Below are positions 34,062 through 42,190 of a stretch of 44,772 bases of DNA, piece by piece. A program made the position numbers and the translations under genes. Source of the stretch: Candidatus Scatovivens sp. (lineage in GTDB: Bacteria; Bacillota; Clostridia; TANB77; CAG-508); NCBI GenBank assembly GCA_045630665.1, contig JAZQTI010000010.1:1-44772 (forward strand), given 5' to 3'. Positions within the stretch are counted from its first letter, which is position 1. Every line of letters starts with the position of its first letter. The notes below the pieces were generated by a model. That model ran no database searches and was not told where the DNA came from. It saw only the letters and a list, made by a program, of their open reading frames with translations.

Positions 34062-34697
34062 GCGACATGCGATTATTAATATCTGTCCAATAGGGTAGAA
34101 AATCCAAACGAGTTTACGAAGGATATCATTTTTAATCTTGAAAACGGTTTCAACTCCGATAATGAAATCAGAAATCAAAAACGACAATGCCCCGATGAAA
34201 GAGGCAGAAACAAAACTAAAACTATAGGAACAGATGGTAACGAAATTGATTCCGATGACCAATGTATATATGCTAAAAATAAGTAAAGTTGTACTGCTAG
34301 GAGAGGTGTTTGCTCTACTTGTGCAGATAACAGAAACTGTAAATAAAGTTAGCATAAAAATACAGGCTAAAATCGCACCAAGGTTAAAGAATGCTTTTTC
34401 GCTGTTTTGGATGAGAGTAAAGTAGGCTGATGCATAGGCTAAATGTGCAAACATGAAAAGCCCTGCACCGGCATACAAAAACGAACTAGGCCTATTCTTT
34501 AAAGGCATAGAGTTTAATGCAATATCTCCTCCAAATGAAAAAAGCATTGCTAAAAAACAAATAGTGCTGTCGATGCTGTTTTGACGGATATAGCTTACTA
34601 TGAATGCAAAAGCGAGAAGTAAAGAGCTAATAATAAGTTTGGTCCGATTGGAAATGAGTGGAATGCGAGCCATTATTTGTTCAAACCGTGTTTTCAC
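34059..34697 (-). CDS. YhhN-family (lysoplasmalogenase-like) membrane protein
   Basis: Polytopic. Contains FSFGGDIAL and FMFAHLAY motifs reminiscent of YhhN. GTG 34697 lies 8 nt after AAAGGGG; the track uses TTG 34703. Confidence 0.55.
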   Translation of the reverse strand: MKTRFEQIMARIPLISNRTKLIISSLLLAFAFIVSYIRQNSIDSTICFLAMLFSFGGDIALNSMPLKNRPSSFLYAGAGLFMFAHLAYASAYFTLIQNSEKAFFNLGAILACIFMLTLFTVSVICTSRANTSPSSTTLLIFSIYTLVIGINFVTICSYSFSFVSASFIGALSFLISDFIIGVETVFKIKNDILRKLVWIFYPIGQILIIACR

Positions 34698-34913
34698 TTT
34701 CAAAACCCCTTTCTAAAATTATTTTTTCTAGGTGATATAGCGGTTTTATTTAGTGAAATTATACAACGAATAACCTCTAAAGTCAAAGAAAACCAAGGAA
34801 TTTTAGCAATAATGTTTCTTTTGGTTTACATTTTAATTACGATAATAGAATTTGAAATTAATAGTGTTATAATTATAATGAAATATTTTATAATAATGGG
34901 AGAATAGGATCTT

Positions 34914-35081
34914 ATGGATGACCAAAAAATTGTGATAAATGGTAAAGAAGTTGATATCAGTAAGATGAGCGATGATGAATTAGTTGAATTTTTTACTGAA
35001 CTAAAAGAAAGAGAATTAAAACTTACTGAAAATCTTACAAAAGCAGAAGCTGTTGTAGAAAAATATGAAAGCCATGAGTAA
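34914..35081 (+). CDS. Small ORF A (55 aa, MDDQKIVINGKEVDISKMSDDELVEFF...). Paralog of 35983..36138.
   Basis: Below the ORF-track cutoff. First gene of an operon. Shares I.INGK.(V/I).(D/N) followed by an acidic helix with small ORF B. Confidence 0.55.
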   Translation: MDDQKIVINGKEVDISKMSDDELVEFFTELKERELKLTENLTKAEAVVEKYESHE

Positions 35082-35970
35082 AGGAGATAAAAAAGTGGAA
35101 AACACATTATCAGAAGAACTATTATCAAGAATTGAAGAGATTTCAAATATAGAAGTAAATGAAGCTGCTTTATTAATATCTATTATAAAGAAAAATATAA
35201 CAGATTTAATAGAGAAAAATTTGAAAATTGTTGAAGATGATTTTGTTTCTAAATGTTCATTTTATAATAAAAAAATAGAAGAAGTTTCAAAAGAGAAAGA
35301 AGAAATCTTAAATGGATATAAAGAACAATTTTATAATATAGCTTCAAAACTAGAAGAAGAGTATATGAATTTTGCGTTAGAACTACAAGAGGCTCAATCA
35401 AATCAAAAAATAGCTATTGTAAATTTAAAAAAAGTATCTGATTCGAAAATTGCATATTTATCTTCTGGTGAGTATGAGATTTATAAAACAAAAATTAAAA
35501 ACCTTGAAGATAAAATGAATAATTGTTTAGTAAAAGAAGAATTCGATAAAATTGCAGATTATCTTGATAATGTTGTAGATCCTATTGATGGATATAATAA
35601 AAAGTTAGATGCATATGCTCAAAAATATGTAGAATATTGTGGGCTTGAAGAAGCTTGTATAATAAATTTAAGAAATTGTAATAGCAAAATTGATGATGCA
35701 ATAAATAGTGTTATGCAATATGATTTTGGTACATTAGAAATTGCAAAAAAATCTTCTATTTTAACTATTTTTTCAAAAATTTTGAATAAATTAGTTGGTT
35801 CAAAAAAATTTGAAAAAGAATATGTATCTAAAAAAAGAGAAGATTTAGAAAAAATAAGAGTTAATTCAATAACAATTATTGAAAATTTAGATAAAGAAAT
35901 AGACAAAGCTTTAATTGTACTAAATGTATATAATTCAAGAATAAATCAAGCTTTTAAACAAGCGATTTAA
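35065..35970 (+). CDS. Coiled-coil-rich hypothetical protein (~291-301 aa)
   Basis: Long K/E-rich helical ORF. The real start may be GTG 35095, which lies 8 nt after AAGGAG and just after the stop of small ORF A. Confidence 0.6.
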   Translation: MKAMSKGDKKVENTLSEELLSRIEEISNIEVNEAALLISIIKKNITDLIEKNLKIVEDDFVSKCSFYNKKIEEVSKEKEEILNGYKEQFYNIASKLEEEYMNFALELQEAQSNQKIAIVNLKKVSDSKIAYLSSGEYEIYKTKIKNLEDKMNNCLVKEEFDKIADYLDNVVDPIDGYNKKLDAYAQKYVEYCGLEEACIINLRNCNSKIDDAINSVMQYDFGTLEIAKKSSILTIFSKILNKLVGSKKFEKEYVSKKREDLEKIRVNSITIIENLDKEIDKALIVLNVYNSRINQAFKQAI

Positions 35971-35982
35971 TAGGAGATGAAT

Positions 35983-36138
35983 ATGGAGAATTTAGGAGAA
36001 ATATCTATAAACGGAAAAAGTATTAATTTAGATACAACAGATGTTAAAGATTTAGAGAATTTATTAACAACTGTTCAAAATCAAAAAAGGACTTTAAAAG
36101 ATGATTTAGATACTATTTTAGAAGAAATTTATAATTAG
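35983..36138 (+). CDS. Small ORF B (51 aa, MENLGEISINGKSINLDTTDVKDLENLL...)
   Basis: RBS AGGAG 6 nt upstream. Paralogous to small ORF A. Immediately precedes the 490-aa ORF. Confidence 0.55.
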   Translation: MENLGEISINGKSINLDTTDVKDLENLLTTVQNQKRTLKDDLDTILEEIYN

Positions 36139-36147
36139 GAGATAAAT

Positions 36148-37620
36148 ATGAAAGATAGTAATAAAAGCGATGCAGAAAGAGCTAAATACTTTAATGAAAT
36201 TTTTGGTTCTAAAGAGAAAAAAGAAGAAGAGTATGGAGAAGGTTTTGATATATCATTTAAAGAATTTGTAAAAGATGTATTGCCAGAAGATAAAGTTAAA
36301 GCTGCTAAAAAGATTATAGAGAAATGTAAACCAGCTGTAGAAGAGATTAGAAATGTAACTGAAAAAATCTTAAAAAGCAGTCAAATGAGACCTGTATACA
36401 ATAAATTATTAGAAATTCAAAATGCTTATAATAAAAAAATAGAGTTGATGAGACCAGTAAAAGAAACATCAGAAAAAGTTGGAAAGCAAATAGATAAAAC
36501 ATTAAAAGAAGAATATATAAAAATAGAAAAATTCGAAGAAAAATACAGAGATGATATACAGAGCTCTGATTTAGAGGGGGCTGTATTTTTAAGAAATTCT
36601 ATTGCTGCAGGAAAAATATTATTTGGAAGAATTTCTGTAAGATTAGCAAAAGCACCATATACATTAGCTGCTAGATATCAAGCGTTAAAAGGTGATACTA
36701 AAAAACAAAATCAAATGCTTATGAAAGGTTCTATGGCAGCAAGAAAAGTAATAAAAAATATTCAAGCTGAAAATAGAAGATATGCAAAAGAAACAGGAAA
36801 AAGAATAAAAACATTTAATAACGTGGATGAGTATACAACTAATTATAAAGAAAGAGAAGATAGAGTTGAAGAAATAGATAGAAAAAACACTGAATATTAT
36901 GAAGCAACTAAAACTGCAGATCCTAAAAAAAGATCAATTTATAGAGCTGCTATAAATGAGGTGAATTCAAGAACGTATAGAGGAAATAAATTAGCAGAAA
37001 CTATTGAAAATCTTGGTAATGGACTTGCAAGAACATCTGCAATAATTGGACAACATAAATTAGCAGGAATTGTGGCTGATAAAGCAGTATCAATTTCAGA
37101 AGATGTAATCAAAAAAGTTGCTCAAAAAAATGCAGAAACATTAACTAAAGCAGATCCAAATAGAAAACAAACAACAAAAGAAAGATTAGGTGCTATTGCA
37201 CAAAATCTTGGTGGAGATATTTGGGAAACTGCTCAAATAGCAAGAAGAGAATTTAAATTTAGAGAAAAAAGAACAGTAAATGCTAAAAAAGCTAGAACAA
37301 TTTTTAGTGAAGCTGGTAAAGAAGTGGCAGAAGAACTTTCTGAATCATGGAAAGAAACCAGAGATGTTTTTAAAGATTTAGTTTCTGAAATGGAAAGCAA
37401 AAGAGCAGAAAGTAAAATGCAAAGAAAATACACTAGAGAAAAAGCTGAAAGTAAACCTCTAGTATTATTAAAAACAAATGCTAGAAGAGTAAATGATTTA
37501 ATTAGACCACAATTATTAAGAGTACAAAATGTAGCTGCACAAATTGATATATCTATGAATCCAGAAAAAAATAGAAGAAAAAATAAAGAAAAAGAGTCAG
37601 GTGATAGAACACATGAATAA
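36148..37620 (+). CDS. Highly charged, basic, helical hypothetical protein (490 aa)
   Basis: RBS AGGAGA. K/R/E-rich with no recognisable motif. Overlaps the next gene's start. Confidence 0.6.
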   Translation: MKDSNKSDAERAKYFNEIFGSKEKKEEEYGEGFDISFKEFVKDVLPEDKVKAAKKIIEKCKPAVEEIRNVTEKILKSSQMRPVYNKLLEIQNAYNKKIELMRPVKETSEKVGKQIDKTLKEEYIKIEKFEEKYRDDIQSSDLEGAVFLRNSIAAGKILFGRISVRLAKAPYTLAARYQALKGDTKKQNQMLMKGSMAARKVIKNIQAENRRYAKETGKRIKTFNNVDEYTTNYKEREDRVEEIDRKNTEYYEATKTADPKKRSIYRAAINEVNSRTYRGNKLAETIENLGNGLARTSAIIGQHKLAGIVADKAVSISEDVIKKVAQKNAETLTKADPNRKQTTKERLGAIAQNLGGDIWETAQIARREFKFREKRTVNAKKARTIFSEAGKEVAEELSESWKETRDVFKDLVSEMESKRAESKMQRKYTREKAESKPLVLLKTNARRVNDLIRPQLLRVQNVAAQIDISMNPEKNRRKNKEKESGDRTHE

Positions 37621-38884
37621 TAAAGAAAAAGATAAAATGCTTTTTAAAGATTTAGTAGTGTTATATCATAAATTAGGGTTTGGAGATATTGCCAAATCAT
37701 ATTCAGTTGAAGAAGAAAACAAATTTTATAGTTTAGTTGTAAGTAAACTTGCTAATAAATATTCTAAGCACGTGAACTATAAGGAAGCATATGAACTTTT
37801 AAAAGATAATGGACAAATATTTACAGTTTCAACAATTGGAAAAAAAGGTTTTTATGATGAAGAAAGAAACATTATAGGAATAAGACATTTTTTAAATAGA
37901 CTAACAACAACAATTTTTCATGAAATTGTTCATAAGTTAAGTTATTTAATTGGAAAAGGAGAAATAGCTAAATTACCTGAAGTTTACAAAGAAGCCGGAA
38001 CTGAATATATTACAGCAGAAACACTAAAAACACGAACAACAAGAGCTTGTGTTTTTAGTAATATATGGGGAAAATTTCCAAATACAATTTCGAGCTATTA
38101 TCTAGATTATATTTTTGTAAGACAATTAAACACAATAATTGGTGGAGATGCATTAGAAGAAACTATTCTAAAAGGAAATTTAACTTTTGAAAATAAACTA
38201 AAAGAACAAATTGGAATACTAAAATATAATGCAATTACAAAAAAGATGACAGAAATAGATAGAGATTTTTATAGTTATGCTGCATATTATGATGCAAACA
38301 CTGCTAGAGAAAATATTGAATTAAGAGATAATTTAATATATTCAATAAAAACACTACAAAATACAATTTTAAGAGCTGGTTTTGATGATAAAATTAAAAA
38401 AGTAAATTCTCCAGAAGAAGCTCAAAATGTTTTAAATTTACTGCTTGTTTTTTCAGATTTAAGATTAAGGGAAGAAGAAGGAGGAAAATATACAGATAGA
38501 GAATTTGAAAAGTATTTCAATAATACGAAAAATGATTTTTCTGCAAGATTTCCGAAGGAAAGCTTTAATCAAGAATTTAATCCAAATGATTGGAGAAAAA
38601 AATATAAAAGACTAGGAAAAATAGAACAAATTCCATTGGATGAAGAGGAAGAAATTGAAAGAATAGGAAAAGAAAATTATAGAAAATATAAAGAGTCTTT
38701 ACTAAAAAGAATTTTTTCTAATATGCATCCAGAAGATAATTTAAAAACTAGAATTCCAAAACAGTCTAGACAAGCAAGAAATTTTAATGAAGAATTAAAG
38801 GTAGGAAAAACAAGAGTTAGTAAAGCAAAAAATCAAGTTCATAAAATTAGAAATACAATAGATAAACCACGAGATGTGAATTAA
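37613..38884 (+). CDS. HExxH (HEIVH) metallopeptidase-like protein, third paralog of the family
   Basis: IFHEIVHKLS followed by KEAGTEYITAE. The start is ATG 37613 or GTG 37601, overlapping the upstream stop. Terminator hairpin at about 38866-38905. Confidence 0.6.
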   Translation: MNNKEKDKMLFKDLVVLYHKLGFGDIAKSYSVEEENKFYSLVVSKLANKYSKHVNYKEAYELLKDNGQIFTVSTIGKKGFYDEERNIIGIRHFLNRLTTTIFHEIVHKLSYLIGKGEIAKLPEVYKEAGTEYITAETLKTRTTRACVFSNIWGKFPNTISSYYLDYIFVRQLNTIIGGDALEETILKGNLTFENKLKEQIGILKYNAITKKMTEIDRDFYSYAAYYDANTARENIELRDNLIYSIKTLQNTILRAGFDDKIKKVNSPEEAQNVLNLLLVFSDLRLREEEGGKYTDREFEKYFNNTKNDFSARFPKESFNQEFNPNDWRKKYKRLGKIEQIPLDEEEEIERIGKENYRKYKESLLKRIFSNMHPEDNLKTRIPKQSRQARNFNEELKVGKTRVSKAKNQVHKIRNTIDKPRDVN

Positions 38885-38954
38885 TCACAGTTCGTGGTTT
38901 TTTTGTGGAAAACTATATGCAAATTTTCAAAAGTTTGTGAAAAAAAGATAGAAA

Positions 38955-38984
38955 TTGGACTAAATTAAATAAAAATGGTATAAT
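38955..38984 (+). promoter_or_regulatory. Putative promoter TTGGAC-18-TGgTATAAT
   Basis: -10 at 38979-38984 with TG. The downstream leader is homologous to 33120-33200. Confidence 0.55.
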
Positions 38985-39038
38985 ATAATTGGAGCATTTT
39001 TTGCTTAAATCGAAGCCGAAAGGCAAGGAGGAATATTT

Positions 39039-40052
39039 GTGAAAAAACGGACTTTAATCATCTGGCTGGTACTGACTTTAATCATGAGCTTTGCAATTTC
39101 TATTACAGCATTGGCGAAAGCCGCTGAAGATATTGCAGAAGAGCTTGATATTTTGGAAGCCAATTTCAATTCAGTAACAACAGATGAGGTTCAGCCCATC
39201 ATCCTAATCGCAGAAGAAAATTTAAAATCCGAAGAAGCTATTGAAGAATTTGTTTCTGCCGTTGCAGAAACTGAGCCTGTATTGGAAGAAATTGTTGTTG
39301 AGCGTCTTGGCGCAGAAAACGCAGAATCTGAAAATACAGTGGAGATGACAATCCCTGGCGAAAATATTGAGGAAACTACGGAAAGTGATGCCGAAGAAGA
39401 GTTTAATCCTGATATGTTTGAGTATGAAGGAATGAAATATGTTGTTCCTACCATTTCTTTAAACAGAGATCCTGTGATAACCGAATCTGGTTACATTGAG
39501 AAAATCACTGAGGTACCTCATTATTTTCAGAGTTATTATCCCAAAGTTCGCTATGGTGATAGTGATCTCAGAAAAAGTGGCTGCGGCATTACTTGTGTAG
39601 CCATGGTATTTAGCTATCTGCTGGATAGAGAAATATCTCCTGCAGATTTGGCTGCAGAATACACCAGATACAAAGTAGATGGTGGTTCTAGTTACACTCT
39701 TTTCCCCGATAGTGCAGAAGATTATGGTATTACCATTGAAGATCAGGTCTATAAATGGGAACCTGTTGTTGAAGCATTAAAAGAGGGTAAAGTTGTTATT
39801 GCAAACGCAAAAGAAAAAAGCGTATTTACCGAGGGCGGTCATTTTATTGTCCTTTATGGCATCACTGAAGATGGCAAGATTTTGGTAAAAGATCCTAACC
39901 TGTATAATTATGGCATTTGGAGTAATCCTATCCTTAAAGAAGGATTTAAAAATGGTTTTGATGAGAAAAGCATCAAGTATCATTGTTTCCCGTGCTGGAT
40001 TTATCAGGCAAAAGACGTTGACGCAGTGGCAGCTGCAGCAGAGGTGGCATGA
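39039..40052 (+). CDS. Secreted papain-like cysteine peptidase (Peptidase_C39-like) with an acidic linker
   Basis: GTG start after AAGGAGGAATAT. Signal peptide ending in ALA|KA, E-rich linker, catalytic-Cys context KSGCGITCVAMV and His context GGHFIVLYG. Confidence 0.65.
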   Translation: MKKRTLIIWLVLTLIMSFAISITALAKAAEDIAEELDILEANFNSVTTDEVQPIILIAEENLKSEEAIEEFVSAVAETEPVLEEIVVERLGAENAESENTVEMTIPGENIEETTESDAEEEFNPDMFEYEGMKYVVPTISLNRDPVITESGYIEKITEVPHYFQSYYPKVRYGDSDLRKSGCGITCVAMVFSYLLDREISPADLAAEYTRYKVDGGSSYTLFPDSAEDYGITIEDQVYKWEPVVEALKEGKVVIANAKEKSVFTEGGHFIVLYGITEDGKILVKDPNLYNYGIWSNPILKEGFKNGFDEKSIKYHCFPCWIYQAKDVDAVAAAAEVA

Positions 40053-40100
40053 GATGAAAATCCTAAAACAAGTATTTTATCGATTGAAACTCCGAAGAAA

Positions 40101-40137
40101 AAGACCTGAGAGTGTTAAACTCTCAGGTCTTTTTTTA
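40101..40137 (+). terminator. Rho-independent terminator
   Basis: AAGACCTGAGAG / CTCTCAGGTCTT stem followed by T7. Confidence 0.85.
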
Positions 40138-40225
40138 TTTATAAAAATATTAAATTAAAAATATACATTTATACAAAGTATGATATAATGATTTCAAACA
40201 AATAGTAAAAAATAGAGGTGTAGAT

Positions 40226-40564
40226 ATGGTAGGAAATTATAAAGTTGTTACATTATGTGGTTCAACAAGATTTAAAGATGAATTTATGAAAGCACAAAAA
40301 GAATTAACATTAAAAGGGTATATAGTTATTTCTGTGGGACTATTTGGACATTCAGGAGATTCTGAAGTGTGGGAAAACATGGACGAAGGAACATTAACAA
40401 AAACAAAAGAAATGTTAGATGATATGCATAAAAGAAAAATAGATATGGCAGACGAAATATATGTAATTAATGTTGGTGGATATGTTGGAGATAGTACAAA
40501 ATCAGAAATAAACTATGCTAAACAAACAGGAAAAAAAGTTAATTATTTAGAAAACATAGATTAA
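40226..40564 (+). CDS. Nucleoside 2-deoxyribosyltransferase-like / DNPH1(Rcl)-like small Rossmann-fold protein
   Basis: 112 aa. Contains VVTLCGSTRF at the N-terminus and ADEIYVINVGGYVGDSTKSEINYAKQTGKKV. Assigned by pattern recognition only. Confidence 0.45.
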   Translation: MVGNYKVVTLCGSTRFKDEFMKAQKELTLKGYIVISVGLFGHSGDSEVWENMDEGTLTKTKEMLDDMHKRKIDMADEIYVINVGGYVGDSTKSEINYAKQTGKKVNYLENID

Positions 40565-40592
40565 TTCACAAGTAAAAGGTAGGTGGATTATA

Positions 40593-40931
40593 GTGAAAAT
40601 ATATAATAAATTAGTTAGAGATAAAATTCCAGAAATAATAAATAATGATAATAGAGTTGCAGTAACTAGAGTACTAGATAACGAAGAGTTTTTAAAAGAA
40701 TTAAATACAAAATTACAAGAAGAAGTAAAAGAATATCTAGAAGATAATAATGTAGAAGAATTAGCCGATATTGTTGAAGTTATATATGGAATTTTAGATT
40801 CTAAAAATGTATCAATAGAAGATTTTGAAAAAGTGAGATTAGAAAAAGTAAATAAAAGAGGGGCATTTAAACAAAGAGTATTTTTAGAAAAAGATTTAAC
40901 CCAAGAAGAAGCCCAAAAAGAAGATAACTAA
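40593..40931 (+). CDS. MazG-like all-alpha nucleoside-triphosphate pyrophosphohydrolase
   Basis: KLVRDKIPEII N-terminal signature and the acidic metal-binding helix EELADIVEVIY. GTG start after AGGTAGGTGG. Confidence 0.7.
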   Translation: MKIYNKLVRDKIPEIINNDNRVAVTRVLDNEEFLKELNTKLQEEVKEYLEDNNVEELADIVEVIYGILDSKNVSIEDFEKVRLEKVNKRGAFKQRVFLEKDLTQEEAQKEDN

Positions 40932-40960
40932 AAAAAGCATCTTTAAAAGATGCTTTTTTT
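40931..40960. terminator. Bidirectional terminator
   Basis: AGCATCTT / AAGATGCT stem flanked by A6 and T9. Confidence 0.8.
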
Positions 40961-41968
40961 TTAATCTTTATATTCTATTTTCATTTCAGATAAGTAATCA
41001 GTTATATCTATTAAGGCTCTATCAATAATTTTATGATTTTTATAATTTCCATTTTTATCTTTAAATAGTTCTAAATAAACGTCTACATTTTTAATAGAGA
41101 GTTCGTCAGTTGATTTATAAATTGGATAAATATATTCTTCGTCATCTTTGTCATAAATTGATTCATATGGATCAAAAACAAATATAGTTCCTTTTAGAAT
41201 TATATTGTAATTTACTTTTACGACAAGACTTTCACAATCTTCTTGGTCAAAAATAATTTCACAACTATTTAAATGATAGTGATCAATTTCAATATCTATA
41301 ACATCATTAATATTTGCTGATTCGAATTCAAGAAGAGTTTTTCTTTTTAAGATATTGTTTTCTTTTAAATAATCTTCAACTAGTCTATATTCATAAGTGC
41401 TAAAATCAAAGAATTCACTTAAGATTGTTTCCATTTTATTTACAATAATACAATCAATTTTTGATTTTATAGCTTCATTAAATCCTTTATCTTCTGAAAC
41501 AATATATACATTTGAATAGTTATTTTCTTTCAAGAAATTTACAATAGCTGAAATTATCATGGCATCAGGAAATTCTTTTGGTTTAGAAGTTTCAAATGGT
41601 TTTTCCTTATTAAAATACCATTTATTTACATCTGATATATCTAAGTATTTTTCACAATCAAGAACTATGATATTATTTCTTTCAATAAATTCATCTAGTT
41701 TTTGTAAATTCTCTTTTAAAATTTCATCATAAAAAGTAGCTGATAATTTTCTTTTTACATAAGTTGATTTTATATTGTTTTGATCATTATCAATACTTTC
41801 TTTTATATGTTTTTTAAGTTCTTCTACAACTATACTTGGAAGACAAACTTCAATATTGGAATATCTTTTAAGCATTGCTAAAATATTATTTCTATAAGTA
41901 TGTTCAAAGTCATACTTTTCTTTTCTTCCAAATACATTTGTATCTAAAATTATAATATCTTTATCCAT
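40961..41968 (-). CDS. PIN-like nuclease domain protein (DUF4935-like)
   Basis: N-terminal IIILDTNVF, then VVEELKKH, EFPDAMI and VSEDKGF blocks. 335 aa, stand-alone. Confidence 0.6.
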   Translation of the reverse strand: MDKDIIILDTNVFGRKEKYDFEHTYRNNILAMLKRYSNIEVCLPSIVVEELKKHIKESIDNDQNNIKSTYVKRKLSATFYDEILKENLQKLDEFIERNNIIVLDCEKYLDISDVNKWYFNKEKPFETSKPKEFPDAMIISAIVNFLKENNYSNVYIVSEDKGFNEAIKSKIDCIIVNKMETILSEFFDFSTYEYRLVEDYLKENNILKRKTLLEFESANINDVIDIEIDHYHLNSCEIIFDQEDCESLVVKVNYNIILKGTIFVFDPYESIYDKDDEEYIYPIYKSTDELSIKNVDVYLELFKDKNGNYKNHKIIDRALIDITDYLSEMKIEYKD

Positions 41969-42190
41969 ATACTTACCACCTTAATATGAATTTTTAATAA
42001 GTTATAAGTAAACTGATATATATTACTTTTATTATACCATTTTTATTAACTAAAATCAAAATTTAGACACTATATTATGATGGATAGATTAATTTGTTAT
42101 TTACAATAAAAATAAAGAAAATATTTTGTTGTAAATATTTTTAATAAATGATATTATTTTGATAAGTACAATTAATAGGAGGAAATAAAA

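Noticed and set aside
34914-36138. Small ORFs with the I.INGK motif as ThiS/MoaD-like sulfur carriers
   Set aside because: They are only ~50 aa, predicted mostly helical after the first strand, and have no C-terminal Gly-Gly. The resemblance is limited to five residues.
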